Of a stretch of DNA of 64,000 bases, positions 25,077 through 37,400 are shown piece by piece (within the stretch, counting starts at the first letter, position 1; each line of letters opens with the position of its first letter). The notes beneath the pieces are model-generated. The model made no database searches. It was not told where the DNA came from and worked only from the letters and a program-made list of their open reading frames with translations. This stretch comes from Trichinella spiralis (Eukaryota): positions 2,414,331 to 2,478,330 of the forward strand of contig NW_003526948.1 in the NCBI RefSeq assembly GCF_000181795.1, written 5' to 3'. Made by a program: the position numbers and the translations under genes.

Positions 25077-27402
25077 TTAAACTAATTAGTCTAACTCAAA
25101 GAAATTATACTTACCAAACTTACCCTTGTCTTCTGGATGTCTTCTTTATCTCTATTCTTCTGTATCTAAATGTAGAAGAATTAATTTAATGAAATAATGT
25201 TATAATAAATAAAAAACAAAGCCGTTTTTATTGTTCTTTTTCGCCCATCATCGCATTGAAAACGCCATTGTTCATTCGCCGCACATCGTTCGCCTACAAT
25301 CATTTGAAATGAATTTCTAGAGCAACTAATAGTAGCCTCAGGAAAATTTACATAAAGTTCATTTCTATTGATTAGCAAGTATGAAACGTATTCCTCATTT
25401 CGTTGAACAAATATTATGCAAGTCACGCATAAGCTCAAAAGCAAACAAATTGAAATTGCACTCAAATTTGCATTCAAACTAGACAACGCCCATGTTTGAT
25501 AAGATAACATTCTTCTATATCTAATAATACACCTTACTCAGTAGTAAAGCAGAAATAGATGGAGCAAATATCATTCTAGGCTTCTGTTAGTCAACAAAGT
25601 CAATTTAACTGTTGCAGTGCTAATATGAAGTTAATTTTCAAACGGCCCAATTTGCATAAAAGACAGACACTGCACACGTAGCGTTAAACACCGGCTTACG
25701 TAAGTTGGATATGCTACTCTAATATGAATTAGAACATAATGTCAACAAAAAATAAACAATGATTGAGCACACTAGTTGCGCTGTATGCCAAGCATAATTG
25801 ACTATATAAACNATTTTGATTTATCTAATGTCTTCATGGTGCAGAATTAAGAAAAACAATATAAAGTNGAAAATAAAATTAAATTGGAAACAGATTTCTG
25901 TATGAAAACGGTATTTTTCTGTAATGATACCGATAATAGATAACACTATACGCTTAGTGATATTCGACCTGCTAAGTTGAGAATGAAACTGAATGCCATA
26001 AGCAAGTGTAAATTGAAAATTTTATTGTCTTCTCCAATTAAATCTAGATGATTACCTAAAATAGAAAATTGAAATATGGATTTGTTCAAAACCTTCAATG
26101 TNCNNTTATATGTAATTGAGAATATTATGCTTTAAAAGTACTTCAAGTTTTACGCATNNTNNAAAATTGAAAATTGCTTAAATACTTNAAATATATTTGC
26201 ATTNCATAGCAAAACATCAGGAATTTAAGTTTCAGTATTAAATTTTCACCTGAATGTAGGTAGTATCTCGCACTTGCACTTTGGTTACGTACCGTCTCCG
26301 TTTTTCGAACACCACTGTAATAAAACAATAACTATGGATACAATCTTTGTATTTCTCTCATTTGTGTATAACTTAGTAACCTTATTATTGTTATTTTGGC
26401 AATTTAAATAATGTATATATTACTGCATTTCCAATTATTAATTATCTTACCGTGATTTTATTTTGGAAGTATACTTTAAATTCATATTAAAAGATGCTTT
26501 TACTTTTGCTTTTGTATCTATAAAAATATACATGATCTAAATGGGTCTTTTCATTTTGTTACTCATAAAGAAAGAAATAAATATGCATGTAAATATGAAA
26601 CAATATTGACAGAAAACACATTTTACTGATGCTTAATCCACGGACTGCATTTTCTTCGCACTCGCCGTTCGAACTAACCATTTCACTTTCCCGATACTGG
26701 ATGACCGTTGTCATGCATACGATCATCACAATGAGAAACTCAAATCTGTGGAAATGAACTTCATCAATCTATTGATCGTTATTTATACGCCTTTGTGAAC
26801 TACAGTAAAATGTAATGCAGGTAACAACTGCTTCCTTACCCTGCAAAAGATATATTTATCTGCAAAAATTATGCGTAATGAATTAATTATAAATATTTTT
26901 GATTTTTATATTCAAATGTTTCATAATAAATGTCTAGTTTTCTATTTTTCAATTTTCAGAAAGATATTTTAAGATAATGAATAGATAGATGCATGCACTC
27001 ACTCACTAGCCAGCTAATTTCGTTGAACATTATTTTACATTTTTCATTTCATTCATTCATTCATTATTCTGAATTATATATCATATTTACATTAATCATT
27101 ACATTATTATGTTTATTCATTCATTCATCATTTTCATATTTTGCATTTCGCATAACAACAACAACATCGCTGTTGTTGATTGAACCAGCAAGCAGTACAA
27201 GCAAATAGATAGATAAATAGAATTATAAGAATTCATTTGAATTTTGAAATTATTTCATAATTAATTCATTGAGTGATTGATTGTTGTTGTTCTAATTTTT
27301 ACAATACGACGACTACTATTTTAATTGATTATTATTGGTTTATTTTTTACATTATGAATTCAGGACGACAAAGCATTTTATTACCGTAACAACAATGATA
27401 AC

Positions 27403-27403
<1 letters not shown>

Positions 27404-27434
<31 letters not shown>
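27404..27434. repeat. (TAG)n microsatellite
   Basis: Seen directly. Confidence 0.9.
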
Positions 27435-27437
<3 letters not shown>

Positions 27438-28682
27438 AATAATATTTGTAGTATTTGATTGATTGTTTGTTTTTCGGTCGGTAAAACGATCGACATGTGA
27501 AGTATGAACTTTTACTACAACTAATAAACGTATATAATAAATGATAAGCATATATGTATGAAACTGAATGTCTGTAACTTAATTACAGCTTCAGTTTCAG
27601 TAAAGCATAAAGATGAGATAATGGAATAAGAGAAAGATGGGATCAGATATAAGAACAATAATTGAAAAGGCGGAGAACAATCATCAATTAAGCATACAAC
27701 CGGAAAGTTTTGAAATAAAACATATGAAGAAAAACAGAGAAAAGATGCGTCGCAATGGAGTAAAAATGTTAAATGGACATTTTTTATCCGTTTTACGTAA
27801 GCATAATGCAAAGCATACTTTAAAAGTACAATTAAGCAGAAGAGCAACAATTTGTGGTTTCGTTTAAAAATTAAAAAAAAGAAGAAGACAAATGAATAAA
27901 ATGAAAACCAGAAAATGAATGCAAAAAATCATTTTCTTCAACGTGGGCTGACATATGCTGACTGACTGTCTACCAGTAAGCGAGATGTGCATAAAAATGT
28001 GCCAAAGAGGCAAAATTTGGCTGCAAAATGTTGGCCCTCGATCAGATCAGTCGTCAAAAAATGTTTCAGTTGAACAAAACGGTGAAGATAGACAATGAAC
28101 GCATTTGCCCACGACGATGTGAATGAAAAATAAAATTCAATAAAGCAGCACCTGTTAACAGAATATATATATATATATATATAATGGGGAATGCATACAA
28201 AATATGTAAAGAAGAAATAAATGTAATATTCAATTCTTCTTCATCAATAAATAAATAAATAAATATAATACAGGCTACAAAGTGATGAATGATGATGAAG
28301 TAAGTATTTGGCGAATGCAAAAATGCAACACTTAATTCAGCTGTGTGTTGCTCAAGCAATAATGCAGCTGCATTGCCATTTATTTGTTGACGCGTTGGAA
28401 AACTACAGAACAGCTTACTGAAGAACAAAGTATGGAAGTACGGCAATACACACATACAAAAATAAAGACACACCCAAACACAGACACACGTCACACGACA
28501 TGTATATGATGTATGTTCATGCGTATGGGTGTTTTATGCTTTTTTATGGGTTTGCATTTTTATCCACCGGTGTGATTGATGCTTTTTTCTCTTTGACGCA
28601 TTCACCGAATGCCGGCAACCTGCGCCAGTTGATGATCATCACATAGATGGGTTAATTTGTGCAAAGCTCAGTGAACAGATGG

Positions 28683-28724
28683 ATGAATGAATAAATGAAT
28701 GAATGAATGAATGAATGAATGAAT
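28683..28724. repeat. (GAAT)n microsatellite downstream of the zfh-2 stop
   Basis: Seen directly. Confidence 0.9.
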
Positions 28725-29158
28725 CATTCGAATGATGAAAGCACGTCTAAAGAAAGGAGAACGAAACGACGACGGCTCTGGCTTAATTTCAAAAGTCACC
28801 ACCTTGCTGAACTGAACCTCCGCACAGTAAAACAAAGACGGTCGTCAATTGTAGAAGATAGAAAAATGCAAAATTAAATCTATCAGCACAGTTCGAGTTG
28901 AAAAAAGTACGTAAAACAATAAATAAAACTGAAAGTGAACAGAGAACAAAACAAAAACAAAAAAAGGTGCATGCTGAAAAAGTAAAACACGTAAAAAAAA
29001 CTATAAGTAATAAATATGCTTAATTAAAACGGGCTCACTAAGGATCAACTTTTCATTGCAAAAATAAAATTCAAAAAAAAAGCAAAGAAACAACCAGCAC
29101 CAAAAATTGAACAATAAATACTCTACAGTATTCGCTTCCAGTAAGCTGCAAGCTACTA

Positions 29159-29218
29159 CTATTGCATTTGTAGCTTTTGAGTGTGCTCTGCTGTTTCACA
29201 ATGTTGCTGAAATTCAGT
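29159..29218 (-). CDS. zfh-2: zfh-2 terminal coding exon
   Basis: TTTTAG acceptor. [19 protein letters not shown] completes the last C2H2 finger (CQCC..F..Q/TEFQQHC...EH). Confidence 0.85.
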   Translation of the reverse strand, partial: TEFQQHCETAEHTQKLQMQ

Positions 29219-31454
29219 CTAAAAGTAAATTTTAAAAAATTAAAATCAAAAAATGTCAACATTTCTTTATTGTAACATAACTTATAAATAAATAAACTTA
29301 ATCGATTCCCTTCACTGAAATGAAATAGCAATATATATATATATATATACATATACGAACCTGCAAACCAAAACGCACCGAACAACACTGGCACTCGTAG
29401 TGGGTTTGGACAAGTCGAAATGGCGGACCGGTGCAGTGGCACAGCAACCTCTGATGGGTGAGAAAAAATTGTTCCGATTGAAAAACGGTATTACACTTGC
29501 GACATGCCCAGCCAACTTCCAAATCACAGCCAGTTAGACAAGTTCGATCCGTTGGAGAAAGCTTGCTTGACAAATCGTCAACAGTTCGTCCGTCTTGGGT
29601 AAATCGAACAAAATTTGCCCGGTTTGCTTTCATTGTTGAACTAATCAATTCTGTCACTGTAGCTGGAACTTGAAGCATCGATACAGGTGTACCGTTGACG
29701 TTGACGTCATACAACAGATTTCCAGAAGCAAACGCATTGCCACCGTTTGGATACATCATCGGCGCATTCAGACCGGCATAATAAGTAACCGCCGGCATCA
29801 TACCAGCTGGATAGAGGTAAGGCAAAAGATTTGGATTAAGGCCGGAAACCAGCGACGTTGAAGCGTCTTTCATAAGCTCAGCTGCTACGTAAGCCGCTGC
29901 AGTGGTTGACATGGCCTTGTTGTCATTTCCACTCGACTGCTGCTGTTGTTCAAAAGGAGATGAACCACTCGAAGAACTGGGTTCATTTCGTCCAACACTT
30001 GACTGTTGTTGTTGTTGTTGTTGCTGCTGCTGCTGTTGCTGCTGTTGCTGTTGATGTTGATGTTGTTGGATTTCATCAACAGGTTCACCGACAGCAATTT
30101 TCACCCGATCTATATGCTGTTTAGTAAAAACATGATCCTGGACCGTTTGCCGAGAAGTATATGCAGTGTTGCAGAAGTTGCATCTGGATGCCGGTACGTC
30201 TGGACGATTTTGAACTGTTCCGGCGAAAAAAGCTTTACGTTCTTTTGCTCTTGCATTTTGGAACCAAACTTGAACGACCCGTTTGTGCAAGCCAATTTCC
30301 AAACCCAGCATTTCACACTCCGACATTGTTGGCGTTTTGTAATCTTGGAACAAATATTTCATCACCTTCACTTGACCTGGCGTCAAATGGGTGCGAAATC
30401 GCTTCTGAGGACGGCTGAGCTGAGCCACGAAACGATGCTGCGACGTGGGAGACGGGCCGTCACTTTCCTCACCCGAAGCCGGTTCCACCGATTCGTCGTC
30501 CACTTTACGAGTCGACCGATTCGACGACGTGGTCAAATCGAGCGGTGCCTCTGATTCGTGTTCCTCGTTCGAGCCGGTTGGTCCGTTGCGGTGAACAACG
30601 TTTGTCATTGGATAAGCAGCACCGCCAATCGGCATCGTACATATCGTCGGCACCTCTTCCGCATCTGGCAACGCATCCACGTCGATGTCGGTGGTTTTCC
30701 ACTGAATCGCGTGCCGTTCACTGAAATGAGTCTGCATCGTCTGCTTGTTGTGGAACAGAATACCACAGAATGGACAACGTTTGTTGAAATAGGCGTTCGT
30801 GTCGCTGTTCGCATCTCGCCGATCTCGGTTGGCATTTTGCAGCCAGACGTTGACGGCACGTTTGCTGGCGCCAATGCGTTCAGCGATCTCGTCAAGTCGA
30901 TCACCGCTCGCCTGTGCCATATCCGCGCCAGCGGAATAGGTAGCAGTGGTGTGCAACAGTTTCAACTGTTCGGTCGACAGGCCGGCAATGTTGCACCGTT
31001 GCTCGTCGGCACTCGATTCAGCATCGGTGTCATTGTTGCTGTTGTAGAACAATTCCGGCTCCAATTTGCAGTCGTTTTCACACACGGCACGTCCGCAACC
31101 GTTTTTATTATGCTTGATCAGCTCGTAATAACGCTGGAAGACCATGTGACAATTTTTGCACTCGTAATTTAGACCCGGCGTACGGTTCAAGCGATCAGAA
31201 TCAGCAACGTCGGCTGGTTGATTTTCGTAAATTTTTCGTGCCTTTTGTCGGGCATTTTGAAACCAGACCACAATCACCCGAGGGCTCAAATTCAACTTTT
31301 TGCTCAACAGCTCCAAATCGTCATCTTTGGGGTAGGCGTTCTTTTCGAAAAATTCTTGCAAAACTTTCACTTGCTGTTCAGTAAAACGCGTTCGATTGGC
31401 TCGACGAGCACCACCATTACCGTTCAGGCCTAGTTGTTGTGCATGCTGTGACAA

Positions 31455-31499
<45 letters not shown>

Positions 31500-34400
31500 A
31501 TGAGTAAGTTGCTGTTGCTGTTGTTGCTGAGTGTTCGAAAGTTGAGTGATCAAATCGTTCAACGACGGCGGACCAAAAAATCCCAAAGAATTTGCCAGTG
31601 CCGGCGCTTGAAAAGGCAACGTACCCATGGCGGCAAAAGATTTCACAAACGGTTCACCAGCGCCAAACATCACGCTCGCCAAAGGTCCACCACCACCGCC
31701 ACCAACCGGCGGTGCGTGCGCCGGTGATGCAGTTGCCAGCGTAGTCGTACTGGCGGAACTGTCGGTCGATACAGCAGCCATCGAACCAGAACCAGCACTG
31801 CTAGTGTTGTTAGGTAGTTGAACGCTGTTGGTCACCGATGACACTGCACAAGTGTCTGCTGATGACATGCCACCGGCGGCAGCACGAGCAACAACACTAG
31901 TAGTTGGAGAGATGTCATCCTTTCGACGTTTCTCTTCCGTCGCTTCAGCAGTCATCACAGCGACACAATCGCCATTACCACTGGCAGCCAACGATGGGCT
32001 TTTCACTGTTGGTGGACACTGTTCAACTGCTGAAGTGGACGACGGTTGTTCCACAGATGAGCTGCTGGAACTCGCGGTGGCCACTTGTTCACCGGCCGTC
32101 ACCAAAGGGATCACTTTCGCCTCACCAGTTTTCTCATACTCTTCTAAATCGATACCCAACGACGGTGGGATGCTGAAATTGTACGGTGAATCTTTGCTGC
32201 GCTGACGTTCTTTGAACAGTGTATTGCGGAACCAATGTTTGATCACCTTTTGAGGTAAGCCGGATTTCTTCGACATCACTTCAACCTGCTCCTCACTTGG
32301 TGAATTGTTTATGTCGAAATATTCTCGCAAAATTTTCAGCTGTTCATCCGTGATCCGTGTCCTTGCCCGTTTTTGCTGTTGCGCATGTTGTTGTTGTTGT
32401 TGCTGGTGTTGAGATTTCCGCTGCTGCCAGCGGTGGTGTGGTTGTTGTTGTTGTGGGGCCGTGGTCGGCTCCAGTGTTGTTTCAGCCGTTGAGACTGTTG
32501 TTGCAGTTGTTGTTGCTGTTGTTGTTGTTGGTGCTGCTGCTGCTGCTGCTGCTGCTGGGCAGCAAATGATGTTGCTGCACCAGGCAAAAATGATTTCACT
32601 GTTTGAGTACTGGAAAGCAAATCAAGCGATCTTTGCGCAATAGCTGCTGATTCAAGAACAGTAGGCAAATATGCTCCAGCCATTGAGTACGGGTTTATGG
32701 GCATGCCCAGCATCGGTAACGGCAAACCGAAGCCAAATCCCAATCCAGACGGGCCGAACAAATTTGCCGTCGGCGCAGCAGTCACCGGCACCATTGAATC
32801 TACCGGAACTGGGATGGCAGGCAGAGGAGGTATGGGTGCCTGTGGTGCCGGTTTCAGTGCTGAACCTTCAGGCTGAAACAAAGTCAACTTATCGGCACCA
32901 GCTGCAGTTCGTCCAGTGCTGCCACCAACACCATTATTATTAGTAGCAGCGGCGATAGCACCGGCAGGCTCTTCGCCATATTTGCGATCATAAGCTTTGC
33001 GAAAAGCATCAGCCACTCGTTTCACCTCTTCCGCAGAGACCTGACCACCGTGTTGCTGTTCCACGTGTGCCTTGAGTACCCAGATGTTAGAGAACTCGTC
33101 GTCACAAAAAGCACACGTGCAGCGTGCGAGTTCAGCGGCTTTGGCACAACTAGCCAACCATGCACTGTCGTCGGCGGGAATATACGGTTCCTGCTTCATG
33201 GACGCGGGAAAAGCAAAACGACCAATCCAAGTGCTGTCCAAATTTGGCGTCGCTTGGCGAGATCGTTTCGTTCGAGTCGAACTTTCTGCATCAGTGGAAG
33301 TGCCAGCTGTCACTGGCAACATCCTTTTGGTGCTGTTCGATCGACTCCGGTGTACACTTTCGTTGTACTGCATCACCAGTTCAAAGCCGTAATTTTCCAA
33401 AAGGGCTTTGAATGCACCGCTGCGACCACCACCCCGACGCCACAAGTGAAAATTGTTGATTTTATGCAACGCGTCTTCAATGGCACCCATGTTGTTGGAA
33501 CGATCGCTGTCGGTCGGGCTTGTGGAACAGCTAGCGTCTGGCTTTTGCTGCTGCATGTCTGCCAGCATTGCCGCTGGTTCTGCTACTGAACAGTGAACAT
33601 TGGTTCGCAGCAAGTGGTCATTGTGAACCATCTCGGGCAACCGAGCCATCCAAGCTTGATGACCAACTGAACGCAAATGAGCGGCCAAATTCTGCTTGCT
33701 ACTGTACGATGACCGGCAAACATTGCAACGAAACGGTTTGCCAAGGTTCAATTCCACCGACATGCCGTTGCTCGCAACGACGGAAGCATCCATTTCGGAT
33801 CTGGCATCGATGAGCAACTTTTTCAACTTGTTCAAATGGGACACTGAATTGAAATGAACGAGCAAAATACTTTTCTGCGTGAACGATTCACGGCAAATTT
33901 CACATTTGAAAGGTCGACTTGGGCTCAGGTATTTTTCAACACTTGTCGACGGTTTGCCATCAGCTTGACGATGCAAAAGTGCTCGACTATGAATTGTCAA
34001 ATAAACTTGCTTTGTAAAAGCCATCTTGCAACGATGACAGCGAAACTTCCGACTAGGGTCATTTTCGTAGGCGCTCAAAGCGGCTCCATTGCTATTCAAA
34101 GCATCTTCTTGTTCGTCAGCAATCGCATGCATCTCCTCCTCGTCGTCGTCGTCGTTGTTGTTGTCGTCGTCGTCACCGTCTTCCTCTTCCTCTGCCATAT
34201 CTCCTCCAGTTCGTTTGCCGTCATCGTCATCGCCGTCATCTTCGTCTTCCATTTCTTCTTCGTCTTCCTTCAGTTCTCCTACTTCTTCATTGGCATGTTC
34301 TTCTTCTTCTTCTTCTTCTTCTTCTTCTTCTCCTTTGTTATCACCTACCAATATACGATTATCATCATCATCATCATCACCATCTTCTTCCTCTCGTTCT

Positions 34401-37400
34401 TCAACATTGTTGCCATTGTTCGCTTTACCAATTGCCGTGACTGCTTTTCGACGATGACCATTTACATGCTGCTGATTCAGTTTGTCCGCAGTCGAATCGC
34501 CAACAGCACCAGACACACTACCACCAGCATGCTGCTGCTGCTGCTGCTGCTGCTGTGCTTGGAAATGTCCCGAATGGAGCTGATGCTCGTACCACTGTCG
34601 ACGACGATCGAACGTTTGACCACAAGTTGCACAGGGCAACGGTGGATCGAGCTTTTTCGCCTTCTTTCGACGTCGTCTTTCACCACTGCCACTACTGGAC
34701 GACAATAAACTCTGCTCCACGGTCGAAGGTTCCATTTCAGCAATACGAGGCTGACCACTTGATGGAGCGAGTCCAATTTTCAACGCCGAAGGCAGCAACT
34801 GCAAAAGCCGATTGACTCCTTCGCTGGTGACGTTGTGAATCTGCGGGAAAATAGGAAAAAAATGCATTAAAAACAATCTCTGGTAATTTAAAAGTGTTGG
34901 TAATATGTGGACAAATGCGCGCAGTGATACTGTGGCATTTGTTGTTGGCGCCACCAAATGTGCAAACAAACATTGTGTGAAGAAGCTTGATTCGAGCTGT
35001 GCATGCAATTGAAATTTGGTATTGAATTGATGATCGAAGAAGCAACTGCAACTACTACTGCTACTAAAAAAAAATTTGATTTTTTGCCAAATAAAATTAA
35101 AATTACAAGGACATCGACTGGAAAGAAAGTGGCTGGCTAGTCGGTGGTGGCTTTAGCACAATCAATTTGCAACGATTGTATTGTTTTGGTTTTTCTAACT
35201 GAGTAAACAAGTTGAACAACAATGACCGCCATTTTGTCAGGAAATGATTTCGTAAAAAGCCAAAAAAATAAAATAAAATAAAACCTTTAAAAAATCACAG
35301 TCTACCAGAAAATGGGTACAATTTTGGAAAAAAGAAAAAATAGCTGAGAGGAAATTCAAAAAAAAATTATTATTATATTTGCGTAAACTATAAAACTGCG
35401 TAACTGGCTGTGGTCGTCTGCAGTGGGATATTGGAGAAGGAGAAAAGTAAAATGAATATATAAATTGAAAGCAATTTGTCAACGGCTCGTTCATGCTAAT
35501 TTCAAAATTGCATAGGTGTGAGAATGCGCATGCTTTGAAGTTGTCAACAAAAATAAGCAGCCAACGAGACAAAAACAGTCGCACAGCGGCGCTCTGGTCA
35601 AGGACAAGCCGCATCAAAGGGGAATAATGGATTCGCTCTTGCAAAACAACGGATAATGTTGTGCTTTGGGTGAGCATCATTACACCCAACAAAGGTCAGA
35701 ATGGATTGAGCAGCATTCAGTCAGCTGGTTCTGCTTTGGCGCAGGTCAATGACAGCGGATACCTTTGCATTTGCTCCTCATCAAATTCACTCACAGTATG
35801 CAGAGTTTCGTGGCGCATCACAATGCACAACAAATAATAAGCTCAGCCTAGTCGGATAGTAATTTATCGTGCAGCAACTTGAACTTAAACTTCCCCACAA
35901 CAAAGAACAGTCAGTAAAGGTGATTTTTTTTCGTTTTAGTCGACAAGTCGACAAGAAGAAGAAAAAAAACCAACACTTCATGCATTGCAAATTTAAGCTC
36001 AGCTGAACAATTTCGACCATTTGTGGAATTTTTGATTAAAAAAAATAATAAATGCAAAACTTACCCGCAAAAGGTGCTCTTCCATCAGAGTCTGGTCATT
36101 ACCGACCGATGCTTCACATAGCGGACAGAGATTGTACACAGGTTTGGGCGATTCCGTGCCGGAACCGTTATCAGCGAGCAATTTTTCTTTGTTCAGCGGA
36201 TCGCTATCACTCACTGCAGCAATATTGTATTAAAAATTGTTGAAAACATTTTTCTTTTTGCTTTTCACATCACAACAATGCTTGAATTGTGAATTTGAAA
36301 TTCAAATTAATTAATTTTCTTTGAAAAAAGAAGAAGAAGAAGAAGAAATTCAGGTTCTTTCATCAAATAAATAATATTATTTTTAGATCATCTTAAAACT
36401 GTGACCAAACAATTAAATCTGTTCTACGATTCTTCTCGAAGCAATTTAATTTAATTTTGAAACGTTTTTTTAGTTTAATATCGACTCATTGTTTCTGAAA
36501 AGCACAAAATGCATGCAACGTACGTACGCTTCAACGCCACGTGATAATAATATATTTAAAAAAAAGTAACTTTAACATTCTAGCGTGCATCTCACCTCCT
36601 CCAATTTTCTTTGAAAAAATCTACTTTCTTTTTTAAATAATAATAATAATAATAATAAAATCACTGTAACAACACCAACAATTGATAAAATAAAAATAAT
36701 TATTCAAATGAAATAACCACTGCTGCTATTCAAGCATCAACCTTGGACAGTGTTAATAGAAAAATGGAATGAAGAAAAAAAACGCATTTCCTCAGAAGAG
36801 CAGAATAAGAATTACTTTTAAAAAAGCAAAAAAAAGCTGCATGCTTCTCACATTTCAGATAACATTGAAAAAAAAGTGTTTTCTGTGTCGCGATGGAGCG
36901 AGCATGTGTGTGAATTGGAACAAACTAAAGAGAAAAAAAATTACAATCACCTGCACATGCATGAATCATCATAAAAAATAAAATAACTACCATGATGCAA
37001 TGTTTTTGCTAGAAGTTGTTAAGTGAAAAGCACAAAAATGGAAAAACAAAGAAAAAATAACTAAATACACAAAATTACACAATAACGTTGCATACCATTT
37101 GTACAATGCAAAATACAACAATCTCAGTCGTGCATTGTTGTGGTTGTTGTTCAGTTTTACAATTGCACAGAACAAGCAAGCTTTTAAGGGGATAGTGCTC
37201 GAGAAATTTGATTTTTGGACACCAACTCCTGTTTGGAAAATCCGTCTTTGAGAAAAATCTTCAACTGACTAACTATCCCAGTTTGGAAAAGTTGTGATGA
37301 GGGGGAAAAGCGAAAAAGCAAAGCAAAGCAAAGCAAAGTAATAATGATAAAACCTACCGCATGCGGAAAAGCTGCACATCGCGTATGGTGGTTGATTTTC

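Noticed and set aside
29153..29161. Triple TAG stop at the end of zfh-2
   Set aside because: (TAG)n microsatellites occur elsewhere in this window, so there is no evidence of special function.
29600..35050. Many overlapping plus-strand and alternative-frame ORFs up to 284 aa
   Set aside because: They are shadows of the GC-richer, trinucleotide-rich zfh-2 exons (polyL, polyS, polyV, polyF) with no domain signatures.
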